Assembly (NCBI RefSeq): GCF_000195855.1
Contig: NC_002677.1
Span: 300,001 to 332,000 of the forward strand
Length of the DNA: 32,000 bases
Reading direction: 5' to 3'
Source of the DNA: Mycobacterium leprae TN
GTDB lineage: Bacteria; Actinomycetota; Actinomycetes; Mycobacteriales; Mycobacteriaceae
The notes below the pieces were generated by a model. It was not told the DNA's origin. It saw nothing but the letters and a program-made list of their open reading frames with translations, and did not search any database. Positions within the stretch are counted from its first letter, which is position 1. Each line of letters begins with the position of its first letter. Position numbers and translations under genes: made by a program. Below, one piece after another: positions 12,059 through 24,555 of the stretch.

Positions 12059-12207
12059 GAAGCTCGCCTTGACCGTAACGGCCGGTGGCCGCGGCCTGAC
12101 CACAACGCCCAGTGACCGGGTCGTCGGAGGCCATGGATCACTCCGTTCCGCTCACTCGATTGCGGGTGCTTGTCTCGTTTGGCGTCAACTACGTGCGATT
12201 GTTCGTC

Positions 12208-13821
12208 TCACTCCCGTCGCTTATTGTGTTCTCTCCGCTTGCTGCTCGACTTCACGGGGTCCGCTCCCTCGATTTCGGAAGGCTGGTAGCGGGGGAACAC
12301 ACCGGTGGGTGGCGGCAGCACCGTGCCGGGGGCCAGCCGCACACTGACGGCAGTGAATGCCCGTTGGTCTTCCTCCTGGCCAAGCAAGTCCAACATCTTG
12401 CCGGCCGATTCCGGCATAACGGGCTGGACAAGCAACGCCGCAATCCGCACCACCTCGCAAGTCGTGTAGAGGACGGTACGGAACCTGGCCTGATCCGCTT
12501 CAGACTCGCTCTTACGCAAGATCCAGGGCTGTTGCGACGAAAAGTACTTGTTAGCTTCGCCGAGCATCAGCCAAATAGCTTCCAGGGCCAGGTTCATCGC
12601 CTGTCCGTCAAAGTTGCCGCGCACCCGCTCCAGCAAGCCGTCGGCCGTCGTGAGAAGCGCAGTGTCGGCGGAGGTGAACTCACTGGGTTCAGGCACTACG
12701 CCGCCCAGGTTCTTGGCAACCATCGACAACGAGCGCTGCGCCAGATTGCCGAATTCGTTGGCCAGGTCGGTGTTCATCCGGGTGATGATCGCCTCTTCGC
12801 TGTAGTTGCCGTCCTGGCCGAACGGGATCTCGCGCAACAGAAAATATCGAACCTGATCCACGCCGAACGTTTGTACCAGCGCCATCGGGTCAACGATATT
12901 GCCCACCGACTTGCTCATCTTCTCGCCGTGGTTGTGTAAGAACCCGTGTGCGAAAATCCTTCGTGGCAGCTCGATTCCGGCTGACATCAAAAACGCCGGC
13001 CAGTATACGGCATGGAACCTGATGATGTCTTTGCCGATCATGTGTAGATTAGCGGGCCAGTAACGACCGAACAACTCCGAGTCGGTGTCCGGGAACCCGG
13101 CTCCGGTGAGGTAGTTGGTTAGCGCGTCGATCCAGACGTACATGACATGGTCAGGATGTTCTGGGACCTGTACACCCCAGTCGAATGAAGTGCGCGAGAT
13201 TGAGAAATCTTCCAGCCCACCGGAGACAAAGCTGATCACTTCGTTGCGACGCACCTCGGGTCCGATGAAGTCGGGGTTGGCGTCGTAGTGGGCTAGCAAT
13301 TTGTCGACATATGCCGACAGTCGGAAAAAGTAGGTCTGCTCTTTCTCAGTCCAGGTGACTAGTGTGCCGGTTTCTACTGCTACTCGGATGCCGTTATCGA
13401 GAAGTTTGGTCTCCGAGTCGACGAAAAACCTCTCGTCGCGCACCGAGTACCACCCGGAATAGGTACCTAGGTAGATGTCGCCGGCCGCATCCATTCGCCG
13501 CCAGATTTCCTTAGCTGCCTTGTAGTGGTCGGCGTCGGTGGTGCGGATGAACCGATCGAAGGAAATGTGGAGTGCCTCTTGCATGCGCTGAAATACACCC
13601 GAATTGCGCCTGGCAAGTTGCGCTGTCGGCACGCCGGCTGCTTCGGCGGCCTGTGCGACCTTCAGGCCGTGCTCGTCGGTTCCGGTCAGGAAGCGCACAT
13701 CTAAGCCGTCAAGCCGCTTGAAGCGGGCAATCGCGTCGGTGGCGATGTATTCGTACGCGTGACCAATGTGCGGCGCAGCGTTGGGATACGCGATGGCAGT
13801 GGTGATGTAATAGGGCCTCAT
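12208..13821 (-). CDS. metS: Methionyl-tRNA synthetase
   Basis: YYITTAIAYPNAAPHIGHAYEYIATD (HIGH) and GEKMSKSVGN (KMSKS). Confidence 0.97.
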   Translation of the reverse strand: MRPYYITTAIAYPNAAPHIGHAYEYIATDAIARFKRLDGLDVRFLTGTDEHGLKVAQAAEAAGVPTAQLARRNSGVFQRMQEALHISFDRFIRTTDADHYKAAKEIWRRMDAAGDIYLGTYSGWYSVRDERFFVDSETKLLDNGIRVAVETGTLVTWTEKEQTYFFRLSAYVDKLLAHYDANPDFIGPEVRRNEVISFVSGGLEDFSISRTSFDWGVQVPEHPDHVMYVWIDALTNYLTGAGFPDTDSELFGRYWPANLHMIGKDIIRFHAVYWPAFLMSAGIELPRRIFAHGFLHNHGEKMSKSVGNIVDPMALVQTFGVDQVRYFLLREIPFGQDGNYSEEAIITRMNTDLANEFGNLAQRSLSMVAKNLGGVVPEPSEFTSADTALLTTADGLLERVRGNFDGQAMNLALEAIWLMLGEANKYFSSQQPWILRKSESEADQARFRTVLYTTCEVVRIAALLVQPVMPESAGKMLDLLGQEEDQRAFTAVSVRLAPGTVLPPPTGVFPRYQPSEIEGADPVKSSSKRREHNKRRE

Positions 13822-13840
13822 CGAGACTCCACCCTATTGT

Positions 13841-14698
13841 GTGTGCGTGAGTTCTAACCGCCTAGTTAGACAACAAGACGCGCCTCCTGCGCCGGAACCC
13901 CTGTCACCGTTGGTCGATGCCCATACCCACCTCGACGCGTGCGGCGCCCGCGACGCCGATGACGTGAATGCCATCGTTGAGCGAGCCGCGGCTGTAGGTG
14001 TGGTTGCGGTCGTCACCGTCGCAGACGACTTGGAATCTGCGCGTTGGGTCATTGCTGCCGCCGGGTGGGACCGGCGGGTGTACGCGGCGGTGGCGTTGCA
14101 CCCGACGCGAGCAAACTCGCTCACCAGTGCCGCTCGGGCCAAGATTGAACAACTGGCGGCCCATCCGCGGATGGTGGCTGTCGGCGAGACCGGTATGGAT
14201 TTGTATTGGCCCGGCCGCCTCGACAGCTGTGCCCCACCTGACGTGCAGCGCGAGGCGTTCGCATGGCATATTGATCTTGCCAAGCGATGTGGCAAACCGC
14301 TGATGATCCACAACCGGCAAGCTGACGCGGAAGTGCTTGACGTCTTGCGTGCTGAGGGCGCCCCCGAGCAAGTAATTTTTCATTGTTTTTCGTCTAATGC
14401 TGCGATGGCCCGCCGCTGCGTAGACGCCGGGTGGATGCTCAGCTTGTCCGGGACGGTGAGTTTCCGTAATGCTCGTCCCCTGCGGGAAGCTGTTCCGTTG
14501 ATCCCAGCGCAACAGCTTCTGGTGGAAACCGATGCGCCATTTTTGACCCCGCATCCCCACCGGGGTCTAGCTAACGAACCTTACTGCCTTCCTTACACTG
14601 TTAGAGCCGTTGCTGAATTGGTTGAACGTTCCCCAGAAGAGCTGGCGCAAATCACCACTAGCAATGCTCTACGCGTGTACAAGCTAGGATCTGTATAG
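13841..14698 (+). CDS. tatD: TatD-family Mg-dependent DNase
   Basis: LVDAHTHLDACG, VAVGETGMDLYW, VIFHCFSSNA, LLVETDAPFLTP. Confidence 0.92.
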   Translation: MCVSSNRLVRQQDAPPAPEPLSPLVDAHTHLDACGARDADDVNAIVERAAAVGVVAVVTVADDLESARWVIAAAGWDRRVYAAVALHPTRANSLTSAARAKIEQLAAHPRMVAVGETGMDLYWPGRLDSCAPPDVQREAFAWHIDLAKRCGKPLMIHNRQADAEVLDVLRAEGAPEQVIFHCFSSNAAMARRCVDAGWMLSLSGTVSFRNARPLREAVPLIPAQQLLVETDAPFLTPHPHRGLANEPYCLPYTVRAVAELVERSPEELAQITTSNALRVYKLGSV

Positions 14699-14839
14699 GT
14701 TAGGTTGCCTAGCTCGCTCTCTCGCCATTACGGCGTAGATCGTAACTTGGCTAGCTCAGACGCGAGGGAGCTCCGGCGTGATTTCCCTTACATCCTGCGC
14801 ATCGGAGTTGCCCCGTCTTGGCCAGTTCGTTACTTTTTT
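14682..14839 (+). promoter_or_regulatory. Candidate structured leader / attenuator-like RNA upstream of rpfB
   Basis: Inverted repeats 14682-14688/14708-14714, 14716-14725/14762-14771 (one G-U) and 14769-14775/14803-14809 (one G-U), and a T6 run at 14834-14839. The last two stems are mutually exclusive. Confidence 0.4.
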
Positions 14840-14929
14840 GTTATTGGTTGAGGTGGTTCTGTTGAAGCTCAAAATATTTTTGTAATTTTTTGAGTCAAGC
14901 CAAAAAGGTCGATGATATTTGGTTTCTGA

Positions 14930-16968
<2,039 letters not shown>

Positions 16969-17005
16969 CGGGCGGGTTGGTTGCCTGCAGCGATATTCTG
17001 CTGTG

Positions 17006-17977
17006 GTGTTCGCGTCTGATGGTAACGCCGCTACACAGTGGATGCCCACCGGGTCGGTCACCGTTCAGGTTCCCGGGAAGATCAATCTCTACCTCGCTGT
17101 CGGTGATTGCTGCGATAATGGCTACCACGAGCTGGTGACGGTTTTCCATGCTGTGTCGCTGGTCGACCAGGTTACGGTGCGCAACGCCGACGTGCTGTCG
17201 CTCGGACTTGTCGGCGAGGGCGCCAACCACGTGCCCACTGACGAACACAACATTGCCTGGCGGGCGGCCGAGCTAATGGCCGAGCACGTTGGCCGGGCTC
17301 CGGACGTTTCGATCATGATTGACAAGTCCATTCCGGTGGCTGGGGGGATGGCGGGCGGCAGCGCCGATGCGGCCGCGGTGTTGGTTGCGATGAACTCGTT
17401 GTGGGAACTCAGCCTGCCTCGACGCGATCTGTGCATGCTCGCAGCGAAGCTAGGCAGCGACGTGCCGTTCGCACTACACGGTGGTACCGCGCTGGGGACC
17501 GGTCGCGGTGAGGAGCTAGCTACCGTGTTGTCCCGCGCCACTTTCCACTGGGTGTTGGCGTTCGCCGACAGCAGTTTGCTCACTCCGGCGGTGTACACCG
17601 AGTTTGACCGGCTCAGGGATGTCGGAAATCCACCACGGCTTGCCGAACCCGGGCCGGTGTTGGCCGCCCTGGTCGCCGCCGATCCCGAACAGTTGGCGCC
17701 GTTGCTAGGCAATGAATTGCAAGCGGCCGCGGTCAGCTTGGACCCGGCGCTACGGTGTGCGCTCCGCGCCGGTATGGAAGCGGGTGCGCTCGCGGGCATT
17801 GTGTCTGGCTCGGGTCCTACCTGCGCATTCCTGTGTGCCTCGGCGACTTCGGCGATCGATGTCGGTGCGCAGTTGGCAGGGGCGGGTGTCTGTCGCACTG
17901 TTCGGGTCGCCACCGGACCAGTACCCGGTGCTCGGGTGGTACATGCGCCCATGAGCCGAGGTCTGAATGACATGTGA
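17006..17977 (+). CDS. ispE: 4-diphosphocytidyl-2-C-methyl-D-erythritol kinase
   Basis: [45 protein letters not shown] at 17003/17006 fits better than the track start at 16847, which overlaps ksgA. Confidence 0.93.
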   Translation: MFASDGNAATQWMPTGSVTVQVPGKINLYLAVGDCCDNGYHELVTVFHAVSLVDQVTVRNADVLSLGLVGEGANHVPTDEHNIAWRAAELMAEHVGRAPDVSIMIDKSIPVAGGMAGGSADAAAVLVAMNSLWELSLPRRDLCMLAAKLGSDVPFALHGGTALGTGRGEELATVLSRATFHWVLAFADSSLLTPAVYTEFDRLRDVGNPPRLAEPGPVLAALVAADPEQLAPLLGNELQAAAVSLDPALRCALRAGMEAGALAGIVSGSGPTCAFLCASATSAIDVGAQLAGAGVCRTVRVATGPVPGARVVHAPMSRGLNDM

Positions 17978-18219
17978 AATCTAACTCAAATTTACGTTAT
18001 CGTTTGGCAGTGACTTAAGAGGAGTTTAAGATTCCTTGCGGTGACGTCGACGTTGTGTCGGTGGGCGATTAACGAATCGCGGGGTCGTCGGCTCATCGCT
18101 GATTCGAGATTTAACTGCTCCCCAACTAGTGCACGTGTGCTTGCTACACAGCGACGTCCAGCAGGCTGAACATGATATCCCAAGGCCCTTGGGGAAAATA
18201 TCGGAACCGAGGAGGGGTT

Positions 18220-19854
18220 GTGAGCAAGTTTACCGAGAAGATGTTCCGCAACGCCCGTGAGTCCTCAAAGGGCATAGTGACAGGTGAGCCACACAATCCG
18301 GTTCGTCACACCTGGGGTCAGGTGCATGAGCGCGCTAGCCGAATAGCCGGTGGGTTGGCAGGTGTCGGTGTTGGTCACGGCGACGCGGTCGGTGTGCTCG
18401 TTGGCGTGCCGGTGGAGATTGCTCCGACCGCACAAGGGCTGTGGATGCGCGGCGCTAGCCTAACCATGCTGCATCAGCCCACCCCGCGGACCGACCTGGC
18501 GGTATGGGAAGAAGACACCACCACCGTCATCGACATGATCGAAGCCAAAGCGGTCATCATCTCCGACCCGTTTATGGCGGTAGCGCCAATTCTGGAGGCT
18601 CGCGGTGTTAAGGTGGTGACCGTCGAGCAGTTGTTGGCAGCCGATCCGGTCGACCCGATCGAAACTGACGAGGACGATCTGGCGCTGATGCAATTGACAT
18701 CCGGCTCCACGGGTTCGCCCAAAGCTGTCCAGATTACTCACCGTAACGTGTATTCCAATGTCGAAGCTATGTTTATCGGCGTCAGGTACAACGTCGAGAA
18801 AGACGTGATGATCAGCTGGCTGCCGTGCTTTCATGACATGGGGATGATCGGGTTTTTGACCGTGCCGATGTACTTCGGCGCCGAGCTGGTCAAAGTCACC
18901 CCGATAGACTTCTTGCGCGACACTTTGCTGTGGGCCAAGCTGATCGACAAGTACAAGGGCACCGTCATCTGCGGCCCGAACTTTGCCTACTCGCTGTTTA
19001 CCAAGCGGCTGCGCAAGCAAGCCAAACCTGGCCAGTTCGACTTGTCGACTCTGCGGATTGCGATGTCAGGTGCTGAACCGGTGGACCCGGCGGACGTCGA
19101 GGACTTGATCGACGCGGGCAGGCCGTTCGGCTTCAGGCCGGAGGCCATCCTGCCCGCATACGGAATGGCCGAGACCACACTGGCGGTCTCGTTCTCACCG
19201 GTTGGAGAGGGGTTGCTTGTTGACGAGGTGGATGCCGACCTGTTGGCCGCGCTGCGCCGTGCGGTGCCAGCCACCAAGGGCAACATCCGCCGGCTGGTTT
19301 CACTCGGTCCGCTGCTGGACGGCCTGGAGGTCCGTATCGTTGATGAGGATGGCAATGTGCTTCCGTCCCGAGGTGTCGGCGTGATCGAGTTGCGTGGGGA
19401 GTCGCTGACCCCGGGCTATATCACGATGGGCGGCTTCATCTCGGCCCAAGATGAGCACGGTTGGTATGACACTGGGGATCTCGGCTATCAGATGGAAAAC
19501 GGTCACATTGTAGTGTGTGGTCGGGTCAAGGACGTCATCATCATGGCTGGCCGCAATGTATACCCGACCGACATCGAACGAGCGGCGGGTCGGGTTGATG
19601 GTGTCCGCCCGGGTTGTGCAGTGGCCGTACGACTCGACGCCGGGCATTCGCGTGAGACCTTCGCTGTCGCTGTCGAGTCGAACGCTTTCGAGGACACCGC
19701 CGAAGTGCGCCGCATTGAGCATCAGGTGGCGCACGAGGTGCTCAAAGAGGTGGATGTGCGGCCACGCAACGTGGTGGTTCTCGGCCCGGGAACCATTCCG
19801 AAGACGCCGTCGGGCAAACTGCGGCGGGCCAGTTCCGTTACCCTCGTCACCTAG
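18220..19854 (+). CDS. Acyl-CoA/acyl-AMP synthetase (Mtb Pks16/Rv1013-like)
   Basis: [69 protein letters not shown] start at 18220 preceded by ggagggg. Confidence 0.9.
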   Translation: MSKFTEKMFRNARESSKGIVTGEPHNPVRHTWGQVHERASRIAGGLAGVGVGHGDAVGVLVGVPVEIAPTAQGLWMRGASLTMLHQPTPRTDLAVWEEDTTTVIDMIEAKAVIISDPFMAVAPILEARGVKVVTVEQLLAADPVDPIETDEDDLALMQLTSGSTGSPKAVQITHRNVYSNVEAMFIGVRYNVEKDVMISWLPCFHDMGMIGFLTVPMYFGAELVKVTPIDFLRDTLLWAKLIDKYKGTVICGPNFAYSLFTKRLRKQAKPGQFDLSTLRIAMSGAEPVDPADVEDLIDAGRPFGFRPEAILPAYGMAETTLAVSFSPVGEGLLVDEVDADLLAALRRAVPATKGNIRRLVSLGPLLDGLEVRIVDEDGNVLPSRGVGVIELRGESLTPGYITMGGFISAQDEHGWYDTGDLGYQMENGHIVVCGRVKDVIIMAGRNVYPTDIERAAGRVDGVRPGCAVAVRLDAGHSRETFAVAVESNAFEDTAEVRRIEHQVAHEVLKEVDVRPRNVVVLGPGTIPKTPSGKLRRASSVTLVT

Positions 19855-19964
19855 TGTTCGACCGGCAGCCGAGCTGATGAAAACTGCCATGGTTTCCGGC
19901 GTGTCGTTTTACGGAAATGCGGAAATGCGCCCTCGTGGGGTGCAGCTGAGGACGCGACCGGCTG

Positions 19965-20564
19965 CTACCAGGCGTGCACGTGGTTCTGTGCGGGCTCTAG
20001 GCCCAATCCGACCAACAATTCGGTGGCGTCGGCGGCCCGCTTGCAGATGGTGGGAACCTGCATGCGTTCGGCAGTGGTGAAGTTCTCCAACACAAACGAC
20101 GCCGGATCTTTGCGGCCAGTCGGACGACCAATCCCGATGCGCACCCGCTGAAAGTCTTTGGTACCCAACGCGGCCGCCACCGAGCGCAGCCCGTTGTGGC
20201 CACCCTCGCCGCCGCCGAGTTTGAGCCGGATACGACCGAAGTCGAGGTCGAGGTCGTCGTGGACGATGATGATGTCCGCGGGGGTTACCGAGTATAATTT
20301 CGCTAGTAGCCCCACCTGCTGGCCAGACTCGTTCATGTAGTTGCGTGGCTTGGCCACCAACATCGAACACCCCGCCAGACGGCCGTTGACGACGTCAGCG
20401 CCAGAACGCTTATGCACCTCGAATTTCGAGCCCAGTCGCACAGCGAGCAGGTTGGCAACCATAAACCCAACGTTGTGTCGGGTACGGCCATAGTTTTTGC
20501 CGGGGTTGCCTAGGCCGACCACCAACCGGGGGTACCACCCGCTGGCCAATGTGGGTTCGGCCAC
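19965..20564 (-). CDS. pth: Peptidyl-tRNA hydrolase
   Basis: [67 protein letters not shown]. Confidence 0.97.
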   Translation of the reverse strand: MAEPTLASGWYPRLVVGLGNPGKNYGRTRHNVGFMVANLLAVRLGSKFEVHKRSGADVVNGRLAGCSMLVAKPRNYMNESGQQVGLLAKLYSVTPADIIIVHDDLDLDFGRIRLKLGGGEGGHNGLRSVAAALGTKDFQRVRIGIGRPTGRKDPASFVLENFTTAERMQVPTICKRAADATELLVGLGLEPAQNHVHAW

Positions 20565-20576
20565 CGCGCGAACCGC

Positions 20577-21224
20577 CTACTCGGACTCGGTTGCGGCGGT
20601 CTTGTTTTCGGCTGTTCCTACTTCCGGAGCTTCGTGTGCCTCGCCTGCGTATTTGGCCTTGGTTTGTGCGTCCGTCGGCGCGTTTACCACATTGACTACC
20701 AGCATCTCCGGGTCGGAAACTAGAGTGACGCCCACCGGCAGGGGTATCTGCCTGGCGGTGAACTGGGTACCCGGTTCGGCGCCTTCGATGGACATGGTCA
20801 ACTGCTCGGGAATCGACAGCGCCTCGGCCTCGATCTCGATGGAGGTGGTCTCCTGGGTGACCAGGATGTCGGGTCCAGCGTCGCCCTCGACCTCAACGGG
20901 GACTTCGACGACGATCTTTTCTCCACTACGGACGACCAGCAGGTCGGCGTGCATGATGGTGTGGCGGATCGGATGGACGTCGATTGCTTTAGTCAACGCC
21001 AACTGTTCCTTTCCAGCGACCTCGAGAGTGAGCACCGCATTAGTGCCGACGTGTCGGAGTACAGCGGAGAAAGCGTGTGCCGGCAACTCCAGGTGCTGTG
21101 GCTCCTCGCCGTGGCCGTAGAGGACGGCGGGAACCTTGCCGTCACGCCGGGCTCTCCGGGACGCGCCCTTGCCGGTGTTAGTACGCACCGATACGCTCAG
21201 CTTGTTGACGGTTGACTTAGCCAT
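20577..21224 (-). CDS. rplY: 50S ribosomal protein L25/general stress protein Ctc
   Basis: [35 protein letters not shown] and a C-terminal Glu/Ala-rich tail. Immediately upstream of pth in the same transcriptional direction. Confidence 0.95.
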   Translation of the reverse strand: MAKSTVNKLSVSVRTNTGKGASRRARRDGKVPAVLYGHGEEPQHLELPAHAFSAVLRHVGTNAVLTLEVAGKEQLALTKAIDVHPIRHTIMHADLLVVRSGEKIVVEVPVEVEGDAGPDILVTQETTSIEIEAEALSIPEQLTMSIEGAEPGTQFTARQIPLPVGVTLVSDPEMLVVNVVNAPTDAQTKAKYAGEAHEAPEVGTAENKTAATESE

Positions 21225-22398
21225 GATGTCGCCTCCTGTGTGCTGTATGCCTTGAGATTCGGGGGTAGGAGCGCGACGTCTAAGTCGGTTTCCGTCGATA
21301 ACGGTGTGCTGGAAGTCTGGTTAACCGCCATCCACATCCACCCTCGCTGTGAGGTCCGGAAAGGCCAGCGGATAGGAACCTCAGAGGGAAATTTGGCCCC
21401 TGTGATTTGCTCGGGCACTCTAACACAGCGCAGTGGCGGTAGCTGTTTGCCGGGCCGCCCGATTGCGGTCCCTCGCTGGCTTTGGCCGATAAAAGGCCGA
21501 ACTTCGGGTCGGCGAACGTGTTGCCCGGCACATCCCGTGATACGGCGCACAATGATTTCTGGTCGTCGAAATCGATGTTGGTGGTTGGTGTCGGCCCGCA
21601 TCAGTGCGTCGCCGAATTTGTGGCCCGAAGTGTTCTTGCAAGTCGGTATGTTGAGTAGCCGGGATGGGCGGCCAGTGTTCGCAGCGACGAACACTGGCCG
21701 TGGTGAGACGCCGCTGCAGCTCGCTGGTGAACAGTAGGTTGGCGAGCCTAGACTGGTTGTAAGCCCGCAGACTGGACGTGGGGATGCGGGCATGCTCGAG
21801 GGCCTCCCAAGGTTAGTTCCAGCGTCGCCAACGCACCCACCAGCTTAGTGTCAGCTATCCATTGCTGCAATGTTTTGGGACCAAAACTGCTCATATTCCT
21901 CCTTGAGGCCCACGATCATCGCAGAAATTTTGCCCGAACAATTATCCATGATCTGCTTTTTCACTGAACACGGGGTGAGAGCGATGTACTGCGGGGCACC
22001 GCATTGTTAACCGCCGCCTCATAAGCTTACCTGAAGATCAGGGTCTGGTGGGTGGTCACATTGATATTCTGTCCAACCGGTCTCGCGCCGCTACCGGTAG
22101 GGCACGGCCGCTTTGGCCGTGTGTGTCGCTGTCGGATCTAGCCACTCTCGCTGCAGCGTGCTTAACACATAGTTAAATGCCGTAGCTTCAATACTAAAAG
22201 CTTATTCGCCAAGTCTTGCCGAGTGTTGGCGGCGGCATACATATATGCTGGAGAAAATAGTCTCTGGTGTTTAGCTTATTCGAAATACATCTCTTTGTTT
22301 TGTCCCTTCTGGCTGGGGCCCAGGTAGTTCATCAGCTGCGGGCGTCAAGGATCTAACCGCCGTGGCGTGGAAGCAGCCGCGACTGCTTTGGGCCGGAA

Positions 22399-23076
22399 TT
22401 ACTTGGGGGCGACGACAAAGCCGCGGATGATAGCCTCGATATCGTTTGATTGTGCGACCGCCTCGTTGGCCAAGCTGGTAATGGTGAGCTGAACGAGATA
22501 CTGTTGCTTAGAGGGTGGTGGACCGGTGGGGATCACGATTCGGTTCCAGGCATGTAGTCGCCTGCCCTCGAGGTCATAGCTGCCTTGGATCATTGCCGAC
22601 GGAAAACCGTTGTAGTTTGCCGTCGAAACGTCCAGCTGCCTGAAGTTCTCGAAGAGTTGGGCATCGTCGTTCCCGTGTTTGATGACTTGGGTTGGGTCGA
22701 AGTCTCCGCGCAGCTTGAACGCTACGAGCCTTGCCGTCGGGTACTTGCCGCTTTTGGCGATGATCAGCGTCTCCGGTGTGATGTTCGGATTGCTATACGG
22801 CGACCAGCCCGGTGGGGTCGGTATCGACACGGTCAGACCGGGCAGGGAGCTCGGCGCCACCTGCTGCCCGGTGACGCCGATACTTTCCAGATATTGCGGC
22901 AAAGGGATGGGCTTGTCGGGTGTGGTCGTAGTGGTTGTAGAACTTTTCGACAGGATTAATTGGTAGTCAGGGGTTTTCGTCCCGCAGGAGACCGCGGATA
23001 TGCTCAGCGTGACTACCGCGGCAGCGGTGTGCAGCCCGAGACGGATTGCCTGCATCATCGTCGCTTCGTTCTGCAT
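22399..23076 (-). CDS. lpqT: Lipoprotein LpqT-like (LpqN/LpqT family)
   Basis: Signal peptide and lipobox AAAVVTLSISAVSC. LPQYLESIGVTGQQVAPSSLPGLTVSIPTPPGW. Position between rplY and prsA. Confidence 0.88.
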   Translation of the reverse strand: MQNEATMMQAIRLGLHTAAAVVTLSISAVSCGTKTPDYQLILSKSSTTTTTTPDKPIPLPQYLESIGVTGQQVAPSSLPGLTVSIPTPPGWSPYSNPNITPETLIIAKSGKYPTARLVAFKLRGDFDPTQVIKHGNDDAQLFENFRQLDVSTANYNGFPSAMIQGSYDLEGRRLHAWNRIVIPTGPPPSKQQYLVQLTITSLANEAVAQSNDIEAIIRGFVVAPK

Positions 23077-23091
23077 CGTCGCTGGAGGCTT

Positions 23092-23499
23092 TCACCGAAT
23101 TTCGTGTACCGCGTCGATCGGCTTAGCCTGCCGGGCGCCCTTCGGCGTGACGACAAAAAGCCGTTTGAAGCGGGTGTTGTGTTCGGCCATGGAGTCCAGC
23201 AGCTGCTCATCGGTCGCGGTGGCGAGGTTCAGTTCGGCGTCGAACGGTTCATGTTTGCGTACAGCAGTGAGCACATCCACATCGTCGATGTGAATAATTT
23301 TTACCAGTTCGCTCCTGGATGGCGGCATACTCAGATATTCCGCGGTGATGTGATTAAAATCTTTCTTTCGCACTAAGTTTAGCATCTTACAAGAGGTGCT
23401 GTACATCGGGTTGTGGTAGATGACGATGGTGCCCCGAAGGATAGTTTTGTCCGGTAACCATCTACGCTTCTCCGTCGAATAGCCCTGTGACTGAGCCAT
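23092..23499 (-). CDS. ArsC/Spx-like (arsenate reductase family) protein with altered active-site region
   Basis: IVIYHNPMYSTSCKMLNLV..ITAEYLSMPPSRSEL...EQLLDSMAEHNTRFKRLFVVTPKGARQAKP resembles the ArsC/YfgD family, but the conserved NPRCSKSR is NPMYSTSC. Confidence 0.75.
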   Translation of the reverse strand: MAQSQGYSTEKRRWLPDKTILRGTIVIYHNPMYSTSCKMLNLVRKKDFNHITAEYLSMPPSRSELVKIIHIDDVDVLTAVRKHEPFDAELNLATATDEQLLDSMAEHNTRFKRLFVVTPKGARQAKPIDAVHEIR

Positions 23500-24445
23500 T
23501 TTCGAAAATGGCGCGGATGGTGCTGGCTAGCAACGGTGCGATGGACAAAACCGTGAGCTGGGGGAAACGCTTCTCTTCGCCGATCGGTAGCGTGTTCGTG
23601 ACGATCACTTCCCGGGTGCCGTACTGGGCCAGCCGTTCAGCAGCCGGGGGCGACAGCACACCGTGGGTAGCTGCGATGATTACGTCACTGGCGCCATCGT
23701 TACGCAGCAATTGCACTGCGCCGGCGACGGTGCCGCCAGTGTCGATCATGTCGTCGATCAGCACACAGGTGCGACCTTCGACTTCGCCGACAACTCGGTT
23801 GGATACCACTTGGTTGGGTACGCGAAGGTCGCGGGTCTTGTGAATGAAGGCCAGCGGGACACCGCCCAGTGCGTCGCCCCATTTCTCGGCGATCCGCACT
23901 CTGCCGGAGTCGGGGGAGACCACCACCATGTTGGTGTCCGGGTAATTGTTCTTGATATACCCCGTCAACAGGTTTTGTCCGCGCATGTGGTCGACGGGCC
24001 CGTCAAAGAAACCCTGAATCTGGTCGGTGTGTAGGTCGACCGTCACGATCCGGTCGGCGCCCGCCGTTTTAAGCAAGTCAGCGACCAGTCGCGCCGAGAT
24101 GGGCTCGCGGCCGCGGTGCTTCTTGTCCTGTCGAGCGTAAGGGTAGAATGGTATGACGGCGGTGATCCGCTTGGCACTGCCCCGCTTGAGCGCGTCGATC
24201 ATGATCAGCTGTTCCATCAGCCAGGTATTCACCGGTGCCGGGCAAGATTGCAGGACGAAGGCGTCACAGCCGCGCACTGATTCGTGGAAGCGCACGAAGA
24301 TCTCGCCGTTGGCGAATTCCCGCGCGTCCTGGGTGGTGACGTGCATGTCGAGTTCTTTGGCTACCTGCTCGGCTAGCTCGGGATGCGCACGGCCCGAAAA
24401 GAGCATCAGGTTTTTTCGATTGTCGGTCCAGTCGTGGCTCAACAT
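23462..24445 (-). CDS. prsA: Ribose-phosphate pyrophosphokinase
   Basis: LQSCPAPVNTWLMEQLIMIDALKRGSAKRITAVIPFYPYARQDKK, RIVTVDLHTDQIQGFF, CVLIDDMIDTGGTV. Confidence 0.96.
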   Translation of the reverse strand: MLSHDWTDNRKNLMLFSGRAHPELAEQVAKELDMHVTTQDAREFANGEIFVRFHESVRGCDAFVLQSCPAPVNTWLMEQLIMIDALKRGSAKRITAVIPFYPYARQDKKHRGREPISARLVADLLKTAGADRIVTVDLHTDQIQGFFDGPVDHMRGQNLLTGYIKNNYPDTNMVVVSPDSGRVRIAEKWGDALGGVPLAFIHKTRDLRVPNQVVSNRVVGEVEGRTCVLIDDMIDTGGTVAGAVQLLRNDGASDVIIAATHGVLSPPAAERLAQYGTREVIVTNTLPIGEEKRFPQLTVLSIAPLLASTIRAIFENGSVTGLFDGEA

Positions 24446-24555
24446 GCCGCCCTCGCCGTATCTGGGGTTGAGATAGGAAATGAGAAGGCCTCATCGTATG
24501 TAAGTGTTTGGTCCGAACACGTGGCCGGGTTGCCGGAAAACGAAATTCACGGTGG

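Larger units (their letters stand above)
10910..12205. pseudogene. Degenerate/non-coding interval at the Rv1006 position between pabB and metS
   Basis: Only short ORFs without recognisable domains. The position corresponds to Mtb Rv1006 in otherwise conserved synteny. Exact pseudogene boundaries cannot be set by eye. Confidence 0.4.

Noticed and set aside
11748-12347. 199-aa ORF containing the poly-Pro stretch
   Set aside because: Protein-like character is weak and the last ~140 nt are antisense to metS. Kept only as context for the poly-C finding.
12112-12939. 275-aa plus-strand ORF opposite metS
   Set aside because: Lies almost entirely antisense to the MetS coding region; translation has no recognisable motif.
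17122-17973. 283-aa minus-strand ORF opposite ispE
   Set aside because: Antisense to a well-conserved IspE frame; no start context or domain support.
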